From: Thermoanaerobaculia bacterium
GTDB lineage: Bacteria > Acidobacteriota > Thermoanaerobaculia > UBA5066
Reading direction: 5' to 3'
DNA length: 64,000 nucleotides
NCBI GenBank assembly: GCA_963816185.1
Contig: CAWFJJ010000029.1
Span: 160,001-224,000, forward strand
Shown here: one piece after another, positions 21,401-30,193 of the stretch
How positions within the stretch are numbered: the first letter of the stretch is position 1
Layout: the number at the start of each line of letters is the position of its first letter
Translations under genes and position numbers: made by a program
Notes under the pieces: generated by a model
What the model saw: the letters and a program-made list of their open reading frames with translations, nothing else
Database searches by the model: none
Told to the model about the DNA's origin: nothing

Positions 21401-23289
21401 CCGAGGGCGTCGCGGCCCGGGCGCGCCGGAAGAAGAGCGGCGAGGAGCCCCGCGCCCGCGAGGCCCGTGAGCTCGAGCCACGCCGCGAAAAGCAGCAGCG
21501 CGACGAGGGAAGAGCGCAGGCCGGGAATGCTCCGGCCCGGCTCGACGGCTTCCGGCGTCGACGTCGCAGCCGCAGACGCGGGATGCGCGAGGAGAAGGTC
21601 GTCGCGCGTGAGGGTCTTCGACGGTGTCGCCGAAAGGAGGGTCTTCTCGATCGCGTCGGCGGAAAGCCTCTTCGTGTTCTCGAAGAACAGGACTTTCGGA
21701 TGGTCGTAGACCGTGAACGACTCGTCGGCGAGCTCGTCGGGCACCTGGATTCCCAGGAAGGAGGGGCGCGAGGCGACCTCGCGTGCGAGCGTGTACCCCA
21801 GGTCGCCGGCGAAGAGGAGGCGAAAAGCCCGGTTCGTGAGCGGAAACTTCTCGGGCGCACGCGTGACGGCGCCGTAGAGCCGCTTCGTCTGGAGGACGAC
21901 CCAGTCCGTCTCGGCGAGGGCCCGCGCGAGCTTCGCCATCTTCTCGGGGGAGTCGTTCTCGTAAAAGCCGAACGTGACGATCTTGTAGCGCTCGGCCGGG
22001 CGGCCCGGAAAGCTGAACGGGAAGCCCTCGTCCCAGTCCTGCTCGAGAACACGGGCGCCGTCGGGGACGTGGTCGTGAAACCACAGGGACGCCGTGACCG
22101 AGCTGTGCAGGCGCGTGTAGATCGAGAGGAACGCGAGGGCCCACACGGCCGTCGAGCCGACGACGACCGCTCTCAGGACGCGTCCCACCCGCCCGCGCTC
22201 GGCCTTCTCGGTGAGCCAGGCGGAGGTCCAGAGGGCGAGAATCGGGTAGATGGGCAGGAGATAGCGCGGGAACTTCACCTCGAACGTGCACGTCAGAAGG
22301 ACATAGGGCACGAAGAACGAGGCGAAGACCCACTCGACGGGAGAAAGCGAGCGGAAACGGGCGAGGCGCCGGCCGGCGGCCCAGAGCGCGGCGAGGCCGA
22401 AGAGCGGCCCGAGACACCAGAAAACGATCTCCTTGGCCTCGTACAGGAAGTTCGGAACGCCGATGTACTGGTTCGTGTACGGGAGGAGGCCCGCGTGGCG
22501 GACCATCGCGCCCTGCTCGGACACCGAACGCCAGAATTCGTGGAAGTCGAGAAAGGCGTAGGGCTCGCCGAGAAAGAACGCGACGAGGGCCGCGAGGCCG
22601 GCCATCGCGAGGAGAAGAGCTCCCTTGCGCCAGGCGCGCGCCGGCCGGCAGGCGAGAAAGACGGCGACGGCGAGAGGAAGAAAGAGCGGCGCCGCGCTCA
22701 CCTTCGTCGCGAGCGAAAAGCCCGTCAGCGCGCCGGCGAGGAGGGCGTCTCGGCCGCGTCCCCGAAGCGCGAGGCGGCCCGAGGCGGCGAGCGCGAGGAG
22801 GACGAAAAGCGTGAGCGTCACGTCCGTGGACGCGAAGTGCGAGGTCTGGAGATGCAGGACGGCCAGCGCGAGGAGAAGGCCCGCGTAAAGGCCCGCCTTC
22901 TGCCCGTAGAGGCGGCGGCCCACGGCGGCGACGAGGAGAACGGTCAGCGCGCCCGCGAGCGCCGACAGGAAGCGGCCGACGTGGATGACGCCGTCGTACG
23001 AATTGAACCAGCCGCGGCCCGAGACCGTCGCGAGGAGCGACGACAGGGCCTTCGTCAGATAGAGCGGCAGCGAGCCGTACGCGAAGAAGTGCGGGTTGAG
23101 CCGGAGCGGATGGAAGGAGAGCTTGAGGATCGCGTCGCCGATGGCGCGCTCGTCCGGATGGAAGAAGTGGTTCTGGTCGAAGTCCAGTCCGACGAGGCGG
23201 ATGCCGAGAGCGAACAGGGTCAGAAGGAGAAGGGGCCCGCGGAACGCTCGTGGCGACGAACCGGGTCCCGCGGGTGGTGACGGGGTCAT
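18475..23289 (-). CDS. 1604-aa fusion: PMT_2/ArnT-like GT-C + DUF2298 (YYY) + NHL beta-propeller
   Basis: N-terminal HPDE..LNPHFFAYGSLP, KFPRY, DESFTVYDHP; central EKPMDF, INEYP..ADLHAH, RMNTVFK; C-terminal repeats PxGxAV..VADxxNxRV. Confidence 0.85.
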   Translation of the reverse strand: MTPSPPAGPGSSPRAFRGPLLLLTLFALGIRLVGLDFDQNHFFHPDERAIGDAILKLSFHPLRLNPHFFAYGSLPLYLTKALSSLLATVSGRGWFNSYDGVIHVGRFLSALAGALTVLLVAAVGRRLYGQKAGLYAGLLLALAVLHLQTSHFASTDVTLTLFVLLALAASGRLALRGRGRDALLAGALTGFSLATKVSAAPLFLPLAVAVFLACRPARAWRKGALLLAMAGLAALVAFFLGEPYAFLDFHEFWRSVSEQGAMVRHAGLLPYTNQYIGVPNFLYEAKEIVFWCLGPLFGLAALWAAGRRLARFRSLSPVEWVFASFFVPYVLLTCTFEVKFPRYLLPIYPILALWTSAWLTEKAERGRVGRVLRAVVVGSTAVWALAFLSIYTRLHSSVTASLWFHDHVPDGARVLEQDWDEGFPFSFPGRPAERYKIVTFGFYENDSPEKMAKLARALAETDWVVLQTKRLYGAVTRAPEKFPLTNRAFRLLFAGDLGYTLAREVASRPSFLGIQVPDELADESFTVYDHPKVLFFENTKRLSADAIEKTLLSATPSKTLTRDDLLLAHPASAAATSTPEAVEPGRSIPGLRSSLVALLLFAAWLELTGLAGAGLLAALLPARPGRDALGRVTGVLLFAFVPWLLVSWRFAHFTRGLLAVTTAALLLGGFFCRRRAREATPAPERRKTALVFWGTFLFFLTVRALNPEIYSGEKPMDFSFLNTLLRSTELPPPEPWLAGSPLSYTYFGHYLAAAAGKLLGIHPGILFNLAIAMTAALAASAILAAGAALGGRLRTGAVAVLLALFVAAPSGPRTAFDFHFHQGGRPLDWNYFWATSRVIAPNAINEYPFWSFLFADLHAHVLALPFTAAFVAVLLLFVTREDRALPATRQAGALVALAALFFAALQITNGWSWPVYACLLLFLPGVLWLGSRPPGLTASAAALARNVLVPAAGVALLAALLVRPFWAQFTPPPRNWGREVGPWAVPWDFFNVWGLFIALLVPFAFAAWKRGGAPVGRAARAFLLSAAVALPLSLLSFSLHPPRIAQASSIRLFTAIAFLVALGAALRRSTEARVRPAVALVALGFAVLTGCELVFIWDRMNTVFKFHFETWLLFSVAGALAWETLLSSKSRAWRLATALAGLAALFTTVSAFAGFLRLDRGGWPRFTLDGTAYLEKQNPSDRGAIEWINANVSGLPVLLEAQGPPYQDFTRLSMNTGLPTVQGWEYHTQQRGHSQAETDRRKADVTDAYTSADEATVKRILLRYHVALVAVGNLERKTYAGANLARFESWTDLLTPVYRNPEMVLFGVTGVFTPGAAAAPVRVEELPSSPRKEQSPLPPADAPGRVRQPRGVAVDSAGRVWVADFGNQRVQLFGADGSPLLAFGTRGAGPGQFNDPCGIAVGPTGLVFVADTWNGRVQVFDDKGGWLREWAGGFFGPRGIAVDKGGSVFVADTGNGRVVRFDGFGHKEAEWGTAKGAGKLADPQGIAAGKDGDVYVADNGNGRVAIFDRNGGFVRAFDVAGWRRETFSEPYLALDSKDLLWVSVPLAGEVRAYTREGRLVTTLRGQDQPEGRRFEKPSGLALLPNGRLFVADLEGRFVIVTLPK

Positions 23290-23312
23290 TTCGCTTAAGA
23301 TAGCGGGAGCAA

Positions 23313-24506
23313 GTGTACGACACGGATTCCGGGTCGAGCCGGCGCTCTCTCACCGTCAACCTCGCCCTCCTGCTCGGCTCGACACTCGTGGCTCTCGCCC
23401 TCTGTGAGGCGGGTGCGCGCTTGCTTCTCCCGGCGCCTCAGACGGTGAAGGTCGAAGAGAAAGAAGACACGTACGAGGCGCCGAAGAGCTTCGAGCGGCT
23501 CGAAACGAGGGCGGAGAAGTCGATCGACTCGGTCGTCCTCTTCGGCGGGCCCCACGGCGTGAGGCTGCGCCCGAATACGCACGGCGAGATTCACAACCAC
23601 GTCCTGAACGGCCGCGACGTCGTGATCGACGTGAACTCGCTCGGCCTCAGATACCCCGAGCTCGCTCCCAAGGCTCCCGACGAGTTCCGCGTCCTCGTCC
23701 TCGGGGACTCGATCACGTTCGGCGACTTCGTCCTCGAGAGTGAGACGTGGACGCGGCAGATGGAAGCCCTGACTAAGGGAAGGAAAAAGAAGGTCCTCTT
23801 CATCAATGCGGGCCTGCCCGGAGCCGGCACGGCGGAGGAGCTTTCTCTCTTCCGCGAGATCGGGGAGCGCGTGAAGCCGGACCTCGTCCTCGTCGGCATG
23901 TATCTCAACGACGCGCAGTCGGGAAGCCTCTTCTTCACCAAGAAGCTCCCGGGTCCGTGGGCGAAGAGCCGTTTCCTGTCCTTCTTGTCCGACCGCTTCC
24001 AGCTCCTCGACATGCGCTTCTTCCGGAACGCGCTTCCCGGCGAGATCGATCCGAACTGGCGGGAGACGTTCCGGGCGGGGCGGCCCTTGAAGTCCGGCGA
24101 CATGTTCGGGACCCGCGACGGTTTCGACTTCGAGATCTACAACGCGTACATGGATTTCGGCCTCGGCTGGAATCAAAAGGCCTGGAAGATCATCGAGACG
24201 ATCACGGCGGCTCTACGCGATGCGGTGCGCGCGCAAGACGCCCGCCTCGCCGTCCTGCTCTTTCCCGTTCACATCCAGGTGATGGGGACCGTCCAGCGGT
24301 TCGAGCCCGAAGAGAGCTGCCGGCGGATGTGTGCGCGGCTTCGCATTCCTTTCGATGACCCCCTTCCCACCCTGCGACAGACGTGGCAAAAGGACCACGA
24401 GGAGCTCTTTTACGATCACTGCCATTACAGGCCGAGGGGGTATGCGGTCCTGGCGAGACAGACAGTGGACTTTTTGGACTCCGAAAGACTGATTCCGCCG
24501 GCTTGA
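23313..24506 (+). CDS. Membrane-anchored SGNH/GDSL family protein
   Basis: N-terminal TM; LGDSITFG, NAGLPG, YLND, YDHCH (DxxH). Confidence 0.85.
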   Translation: MYDTDSGSSRRSLTVNLALLLGSTLVALALCEAGARLLLPAPQTVKVEEKEDTYEAPKSFERLETRAEKSIDSVVLFGGPHGVRLRPNTHGEIHNHVLNGRDVVIDVNSLGLRYPELAPKAPDEFRVLVLGDSITFGDFVLESETWTRQMEALTKGRKKKVLFINAGLPGAGTAEELSLFREIGERVKPDLVLVGMYLNDAQSGSLFFTKKLPGPWAKSRFLSFLSDRFQLLDMRFFRNALPGEIDPNWRETFRAGRPLKSGDMFGTRDGFDFEIYNAYMDFGLGWNQKAWKIIETITAALRDAVRAQDARLAVLLFPVHIQVMGTVQRFEPEESCRRMCARLRIPFDDPLPTLRQTWQKDHEELFYDHCHYRPRGYAVLARQTVDFLDSERLIPPA

Positions 24507-24594
24507 TATCATGCCCCCTCGTTCGGAAACGAGGCCTCAAACGCGGGACAGCCCGTCCGGAACGCGTTTCGGGAGCCTTGTGAGGAGTTCGGGG

Positions 24595-25077
24595 ATGGCG
24601 GGGAAATTGCGCTATTTTTCGGTCGCGCTGTGCGTTCTTTCTCTGGCATGCGGCGGGAAAAAGGCCGAAGCGCCCGATCGGGGCGGCCGCGCTGCGGTCG
24701 GGAAACAGGGGCCCGTGAAAGACGCGACCATCGCAAAGTTCCGCCTCGGCTCGGCCTCCGCACCCGACGGCACCGTCATTATCGAGACGCGCAATTTCGG
24801 GCGGGGAGAATCGGTCTTCACGTCCTTCGAGGTCCCGAACGCTCCTGCAAGGTCGAGAATGCGCGTCGCGTGGTTTCGCCTGCCGGACAAGACGCTCGTC
24901 TCCAGCCAGGAAGCGCCGCTCGTGCCGGAAAATCCGGCGGTCGCCTTCAAAGCGGACTCGAAGGGCTGGCCGATCGGAGAGTACGAGCTCGAGATGTCTC
25001 TGGCCGAGGCGGGGAAAGAAGTTTGGACTTTCATGGGGACCGCGCAGTTCAAGATCGTCAGAGAGAAGCTGAACTAG
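24595..25077 (+). CDS. Hypothetical lipoprotein
   Basis: Lipobox SLAC followed by GGKK; beta-rich body; GAGGAG upstream. Confidence 0.7.
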   Translation: MAGKLRYFSVALCVLSLACGGKKAEAPDRGGRAAVGKQGPVKDATIAKFRLGSASAPDGTVIIETRNFGRGESVFTSFEVPNAPARSRMRVAWFRLPDKTLVSSQEAPLVPENPAVAFKADSKGWPIGEYELEMSLAEAGKEVWTFMGTAQFKIVREKLN

Positions 25078-25173
25078 CGTGACCTAGGCCACCGTTTGAG
25101 CCGTCTTTGCGTCGCCGGACGGCGCCGGGCCGGAATATCCTCGGCGAGACGAAGTCTTCTCTTCATGGATGGG

Positions 25174-25674
25174 ATGATGCCGACCCGACGCACCTTCATG
25201 CTCGCCGCGATCGGGACGGCGCTCGCCGCGGCCTCCTCGGTTGGTGGTGCCGCGCTCGCGTTCGTCCTCGGGCCGCTGCGCCGCCGCGCGCCAGGGGAAC
25301 CCGCCCTTCTGGACCTTGGCGCGGCCTCGGCTTTCGAGGCGGTGCGCGCCGGTGCGTCCGGGCCGCAAGAGGTCGTCGTGGAGCGCACCGTCGAGGACGG
25401 CTACATGACGCGCCGCGTTAAGGAGCGCTTCGCCGTCGTCCGGGACGCGAAGGCCGCGTCGGGCCTGGCGGCGCTCAGCACGACGTGCACTCATCTGGGC
25501 TGCGGAGTGTCGTGGAATGCTGCGCGAAAGGCCTTCCTGTGCCCTTGCCACGGCGGCGTTTACGGACCGGCCGGAGAGGTGCTGGCCGGTCCACCCCCGA
25601 AACCCCTGGCGCGCCTGCCGCTCGTCGTTTCGGGCGGACGCCTGCAGCTCGACGCGGCGGCGCTCGACGCGTGA
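25174..25674 (+). CDS. Rieske 2Fe-2S subunit of a menaquinol:cytochrome c reductase (QcrA/PetC-like)
   Basis: Tat motif TRRTFM, CTHLGC, CPCHGG, GPPP. Confidence 0.92.
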   Translation: MMPTRRTFMLAAIGTALAAASSVGGAALAFVLGPLRRRAPGEPALLDLGAASAFEAVRAGASGPQEVVVERTVEDGYMTRRVKERFAVVRDAKAASGLAALSTTCTHLGCGVSWNAARKAFLCPCHGGVYGPAGEVLAGPPPKPLARLPLVVSGGRLQLDAAALDA

Positions 25675-27287
25675 AGAGAGTCCTCGATTTTCTCCAGTCG
25701 CGGGGTGGCCTCACCTCGTTCTGGCGGGCGTTCGCCGACGAGCCCGTCTCCGTCCGCCGCGCGTGGCTCTTCACGCTGGGGTCCGCGGCGCTCGCCGTGT
25801 TCCTCGTCCAGTTCGTCACCGGGTTCGCGCTCGCGCTCGCGTATGCGCCCACGCCGGACCACGCATGGGAAAGCGTAAAGGCGATCCAGACGAGGCTCTT
25901 CGCGGGAGGGCTCGTGCGGGGCCTCCACCACTGGGGCGCCTCGGCGATGGTCGTCCTCGCCGTCCTTCACATGGCCCGGACGTTCGTCTTCGGCGCGTAT
26001 CGCAAGCCGCGCGAGCTGAACTGGCTCGCGGGTCTCGCGCTCCTTCTCCTCGTCCTCGCATTCGGCTTCACGGGCTATCTCCTCCCGTGGGATCAGAAGG
26101 CGTACTGGGCGACGGTCGTCGGCACGAAGGTCCCGGCGGCTCTTCCCCTCGTCGGGCCGGCGGCGTCGCGCCTCATGGCGGGCGGGCCCGCCGTCGGCGC
26201 CGCGACACTGACGCGTTTCTACGCGCTCCACGTTGTGCTGCTGCCGCTCCTCACGTTCGGCTTCATCGCCGTCCATCTCCTCCTTCTGCGCCGGCACTCC
26301 CACGCGGGCCCCACGACGGACCCCGATCCGAAAGAGCCGTTCTTCCCGTTCCAGGCGGCGCGCGACGGCGCCGTGATTCTCGCCGTCGTTCTCGCGCTCT
26401 TTTGGCTCGCCGCACGGCACCCCGCGCCGCTCGAAAGGCTCGCCGATCCGACGGACACGACATCCGTACCGCGCCCCGAGTGGTATTTCCTGCCGCTCTT
26501 CCAGCTCCTGAAGGTCTTCAAGGGACCGTTCGAGCCGATCGGCACCGCGGTCCTTCCGGGCCTCTCGATGCTTCTCCTCGCACTCGTGCCGTGGCTCGAC
26601 CGAGGCGCCTCGCGACGGCCTCGCGACCGGCGGGCCATCCTCGCGGCGGGCGGCGCCGCGGCAGCGCTGCTCCTCGGCCTTCTCTATCTGGGCGCCCTCG
26701 ACACGCCGAAGGCCCCGCGCTCGGGTCTCGAAGCCGGCTCAGAGGGGCCGCCGGCCCCCCGCCTTCTCGGCGGCCTCGCGTCGTACGAGAGGAGAGGCTG
26801 TGCGTCGTGCCACGGGACGGATGGCCGGCCGGCGGCCCAGGCCCCGCCGAATGCGGTCGGCCTCGCAGCGCGTGCGTACGCTCTCCAGGGCGACGCGCTC
26901 GTCACCCACGTGAAAGAGAAGAGCGTCAAACCGGCCGCCGACGACGAGGACGGCGAGAATCCGGACAAGGACGTGCCGTCCCTCCTCGCGTACGTCGAAG
27001 CGATTTCGAAGGACGGCGTCAAGCTCTCCGCATTGCCGGAGCCGATCCGCGTCGGCGGCGCCGCGATCGACCGCGAGGACTGCCGGCAGTGCCACCAGCT
27101 CTACGGGGATGGAGGGCGGCGCGGTCCCGCGCTCCAGCACCTCCTCGGCAAACGCGACAAGGACTGGCTCGTCGCGCACTTCAAGGAGCCGAAGAAGCTC
27201 GTGCCGGGCTCGAAGATGCCGCCGTTCAAGTTCCTGCCCGAGGCGGAGCTCCAGGCGATGGCGGACTACCTGCTCGCAGTGCCGTAG
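25671..27287 (+). CDS. Cytochrome b (b6-like + subunit IV) fused to two c-type heme domains
   Basis: RGLHHWGAS, HMxR, GYLLPWDQ, RFYALH, PEWY; CASCH and CRQCH..PGSKMP. GTGA overlap with the Rieske gene. Confidence 0.9.
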   Translation: MKRVLDFLQSRGGLTSFWRAFADEPVSVRRAWLFTLGSAALAVFLVQFVTGFALALAYAPTPDHAWESVKAIQTRLFAGGLVRGLHHWGASAMVVLAVLHMARTFVFGAYRKPRELNWLAGLALLLLVLAFGFTGYLLPWDQKAYWATVVGTKVPAALPLVGPAASRLMAGGPAVGAATLTRFYALHVVLLPLLTFGFIAVHLLLLRRHSHAGPTTDPDPKEPFFPFQAARDGAVILAVVLALFWLAARHPAPLERLADPTDTTSVPRPEWYFLPLFQLLKVFKGPFEPIGTAVLPGLSMLLLALVPWLDRGASRRPRDRRAILAAGGAAAALLLGLLYLGALDTPKAPRSGLEAGSEGPPAPRLLGGLASYERRGCASCHGTDGRPAAQAPPNAVGLAARAYALQGDALVTHVKEKSVKPAADDEDGENPDKDVPSLLAYVEAISKDGVKLSALPEPIRVGGAAIDREDCRQCHQLYGDGGRRGPALQHLLGKRDKDWLVAHFKEPKKLVPGSKMPPFKFLPEAELQAMADYLLAVP

Positions 27288-30082
27288 GGCCGCACCCTGG
27301 GCGGGGGAGGCCGTAAGACGCTGGTCGGGATGATCTCCGCCTCGCCGCCCGGGGGCTTCCATTTGAGGAAGATCTGGGCGTAGTCGCTCTCGTTCCAGAG
27401 CGTCACTTCGATGGCGTGAGGACCCTTGCCGAGGCGAGCGATGCTCTCGGAGTTCGTGAGTGCTCCAGGGTTGCGGACGATCTCCCGCCCGTCGAGGGCA
27501 ACCGTCGAACCGTCGATCGATTTGCTCGAGAATGTGTAATCGCCGTCCCGGGGCACCAGAAGCATGCCCTTCCAGCGGATCGAGAACGGGCGCTCGACCG
27601 GCACCTCATGGAAGTAGAACGCGACGCTCGGATCGATCCTCTGGAAGACCGGCGTCCCGCTGGCGTCGACGCCGTGGTAGTAGCTGCCGAGAAGGCCGCC
27701 GAAGTCGTAGCGGGGAGAAATCATCGCCGAGGCGGCAATCGGCATCAGCTCACCCCCCGCGCGCGCCCACCTCAGCGACGTCACGGAGGGGCGCGACACG
27801 AGGACGTCGAGGGCGATGTCGTGCATCCCGCGGGCGAGGTCGGCCACCAGCTCCCGCCCCCGCCCGGGAAACACGAGCCTGCCGCCGTCGATCGCGAGAG
27901 TGGCTCCTTCACCATCCGAGAGAGAGAGCGTGTAGGGGCCGTCCTCTCGGACGAGGAGACGCCCGCGAATGCGAGCCGAGAACGGAGGGTGTAGGGCCGC
28001 CTTCGACCAGTCCCAGTTGCTCTCGACGCTGCGCGTCGTCTCTCGGCGGGAGTCCGCCTCGAGCGTCGTCGTCCAGCCGCGAAGATCCTCGATTGAGGCG
28101 GCCGGAATGCGGACGATCGTCAGGATCGGCTCGCGAGCGGGACGCCCCGGCGGCGACGGGGGACCGAATTCCTCGAAGCTGGCTCCGGGGTAGAGACGCC
28201 CGAGCAGGTTCGCGGCCTCCGGGTCGTCGCGGCCGATGAAGACGATCGCCCGCCGGCCTCCCGTCTCGAGCGGGAGGTCGCGTCCGGAGAGAAAAGGGAC
28301 GCCATGAAATCGTTCTCCGACGAGGAGGCGGATCGTCGGGGACGTAAGCACCTGCGGCGGCACGAACGTGGCGACGTCTTTCCCCTCCGCCCCGATCACG
28401 TCGGCAATCTTGGTCTCCTGGGTCGACCAGTCGGCGAAAGAGCCCAGGTTGAACGGCTGCTCGTGGAAGAATACGCGCCAGGAATCCGCTCCGGCCCATG
28501 CGACGAGACTGACCGCGATCGCGGCGAATGCGCGGCGTGGCGCCAAGAGCCGAGTCGGAAGAAACCTGTACGTCGCCGTCAACGGGAGAACGCCTATCAG
28601 ACATGCGAACGGCAAGAGGCCGAGAGTTCGGGCGGCCTGGGGGGCTTCGAAGTCGAGGGAAAGAACGCCGGCCGCGAGGAAGGCGCCGAAGGTGAGAAGG
28701 AGCAAAAGCGCGCGCGGATCACGAAGCATCAGGAGGCAGAGGAAGAATCCGATGCCGAACAGAATTCCGGTCGAGGCCTCGAGCATCGGAGCGAGCGGGA
28801 GATTGTGCCGGCCGTTGACGTCCCCTTTGTAGTGGAACATTCCGGCGTGGCGGACGAGGCTCTCCCGGAGGACCTCGAGGGCGTGACGTCTCTCCGGCGA
28901 CGGCGTCACGAGAAGACGGGCAAGCGCGGCATAGGAGTCGACCTGAAGGGTGGTCGTCGCACGAAACCGCTCCGCGAAGTGCTCCGGGTTGCGACGCGCG
29001 AACTGTCCGAGCGGGGCGTAGGCGAAGGCGGCCGCTGAGAGCGTGAGCAGGAAAAGGCCTGCCGCCGCCAGGCGTTTCCTCGCCGGAGCGAACAGCCGCC
29101 TGAGGAACCAGACCGTCATGATCGCCGGGAGCACGACGACCGAAAAGTAGAGCTGCATCCCGAGCCCGAGCGAGAGCCCCGCCAGGACGGCGTCACGCGG
29201 ACTCCTCAAGCGTTGACTCCTGAGGAGAAGGAAGAGCACGAGCGGCGCGATCAACGTTGGGAAGACGATCGCCATCCCAAAGCGGCTGAAGTCGACGTGC
29301 CAGCGGCTGACGGCGAGGAAAGCCGCGGCGAGGAGGCCCGCTTCTTTCCCGAAGAGTTCGCGGCCCAGGAGCCACGTCGCGGCGAGCGCGAGGAGGCCCA
29401 CAGCCGTCGTTGCCGCGCGAACGCCGAGCGCCCGGTCCGGGAACATGTTCACGAACGGTGTGAAGAAATAGAACGCGAGCGCCGGCATCTTCGAAGCGCC
29501 CGCCACGAACACGGGACGGTACGCCGGCTCCTCCAGGATCCGCTTCGTGACGAGCGTGTTTTCCGCCTCGTCGAACCACACGCCGTACGGGTAAGTCTTC
29601 AGGGCGTGCAACCGAAAGGCGGCACCGACGGCGAGAATCAGGAGGAGCCCTGCAAGCTCCCAGCCGCGGACGCGTTCCTGTGGCGGGGAGGGCGCGGGGC
29701 GCCAGAGCACGAACCCGCCGGTGAGGGCGAGGAGAGCGAGAAGAAAAAGCGCCCATCCCGAACGGGAGACGCTCGCGCTGATGCCGAAGCGGTGGAGCGC
29801 CGCGAGGAGTAGAGCGCATCCGAGAAGCGACCCGGCAAGCGCGACGAGAAGCGTTCGGCGTGAAGGCGGCTGCGTCTCGGGCGCGTCCTCGGGTCCCGGC
29901 GGCAACGCGAAGGTCGTTCCGCACGCGAAGAGAGCGGCCGCGGCAACGAGGAGAAGGACGAACACCATCGGGGAAAGCCGCGCGGCCCCCACTCCCATGA
30001 GGCAACCCGCGAGAACGAGACCGAGAGCGAGCGCCGCTGTCCGAACGCGGGTGAAACCCGTGGCAGAGCCCGTTCCCTTCAT
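27266..30082 (-). CDS. ArnT/PMT_2-like GT-C glycosyltransferase with C-terminal PA14 domains
   Basis: PYGVWFDEA luminal DE motif, WHVDFSR, polytopic core; PA14 pattern GLLGSYY..RIDPSV..FSIRWKG..DGDYTF..GPHAIEV. Confidence 0.8.
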   Translation of the reverse strand: MKGTGSATGFTRVRTAALALGLVLAGCLMGVGAARLSPMVFVLLLVAAAALFACGTTFALPPGPEDAPETQPPSRRTLLVALAGSLLGCALLLAALHRFGISASVSRSGWALFLLALLALTGGFVLWRPAPSPPQERVRGWELAGLLLILAVGAAFRLHALKTYPYGVWFDEAENTLVTKRILEEPAYRPVFVAGASKMPALAFYFFTPFVNMFPDRALGVRAATTAVGLLALAATWLLGRELFGKEAGLLAAAFLAVSRWHVDFSRFGMAIVFPTLIAPLVLFLLLRSQRLRSPRDAVLAGLSLGLGMQLYFSVVVLPAIMTVWFLRRLFAPARKRLAAAGLFLLTLSAAAFAYAPLGQFARRNPEHFAERFRATTTLQVDSYAALARLLVTPSPERRHALEVLRESLVRHAGMFHYKGDVNGRHNLPLAPMLEASTGILFGIGFFLCLLMLRDPRALLLLLTFGAFLAAGVLSLDFEAPQAARTLGLLPFACLIGVLPLTATYRFLPTRLLAPRRAFAAIAVSLVAWAGADSWRVFFHEQPFNLGSFADWSTQETKIADVIGAEGKDVATFVPPQVLTSPTIRLLVGERFHGVPFLSGRDLPLETGGRRAIVFIGRDDPEAANLLGRLYPGASFEEFGPPSPPGRPAREPILTIVRIPAASIEDLRGWTTTLEADSRRETTRSVESNWDWSKAALHPPFSARIRGRLLVREDGPYTLSLSDGEGATLAIDGGRLVFPGRGRELVADLARGMHDIALDVLVSRPSVTSLRWARAGGELMPIAASAMISPRYDFGGLLGSYYHGVDASGTPVFQRIDPSVAFYFHEVPVERPFSIRWKGMLLVPRDGDYTFSSKSIDGSTVALDGREIVRNPGALTNSESIARLGKGPHAIEVTLWNESDYAQIFLKWKPPGGEAEIIPTSVLRPPPPRVRPYGTASR

Positions 30083-30193
30083 CACGCGCGGAAGCTCATC
30101 GCTGGCGAGCGAATTATCCTTCAAGGTTGTCGGTCCCTCCCGGGCGGAGCTAAACTCGAAAGGGCTCACGTCCACGAGCAGGTGAGGTGTCGA

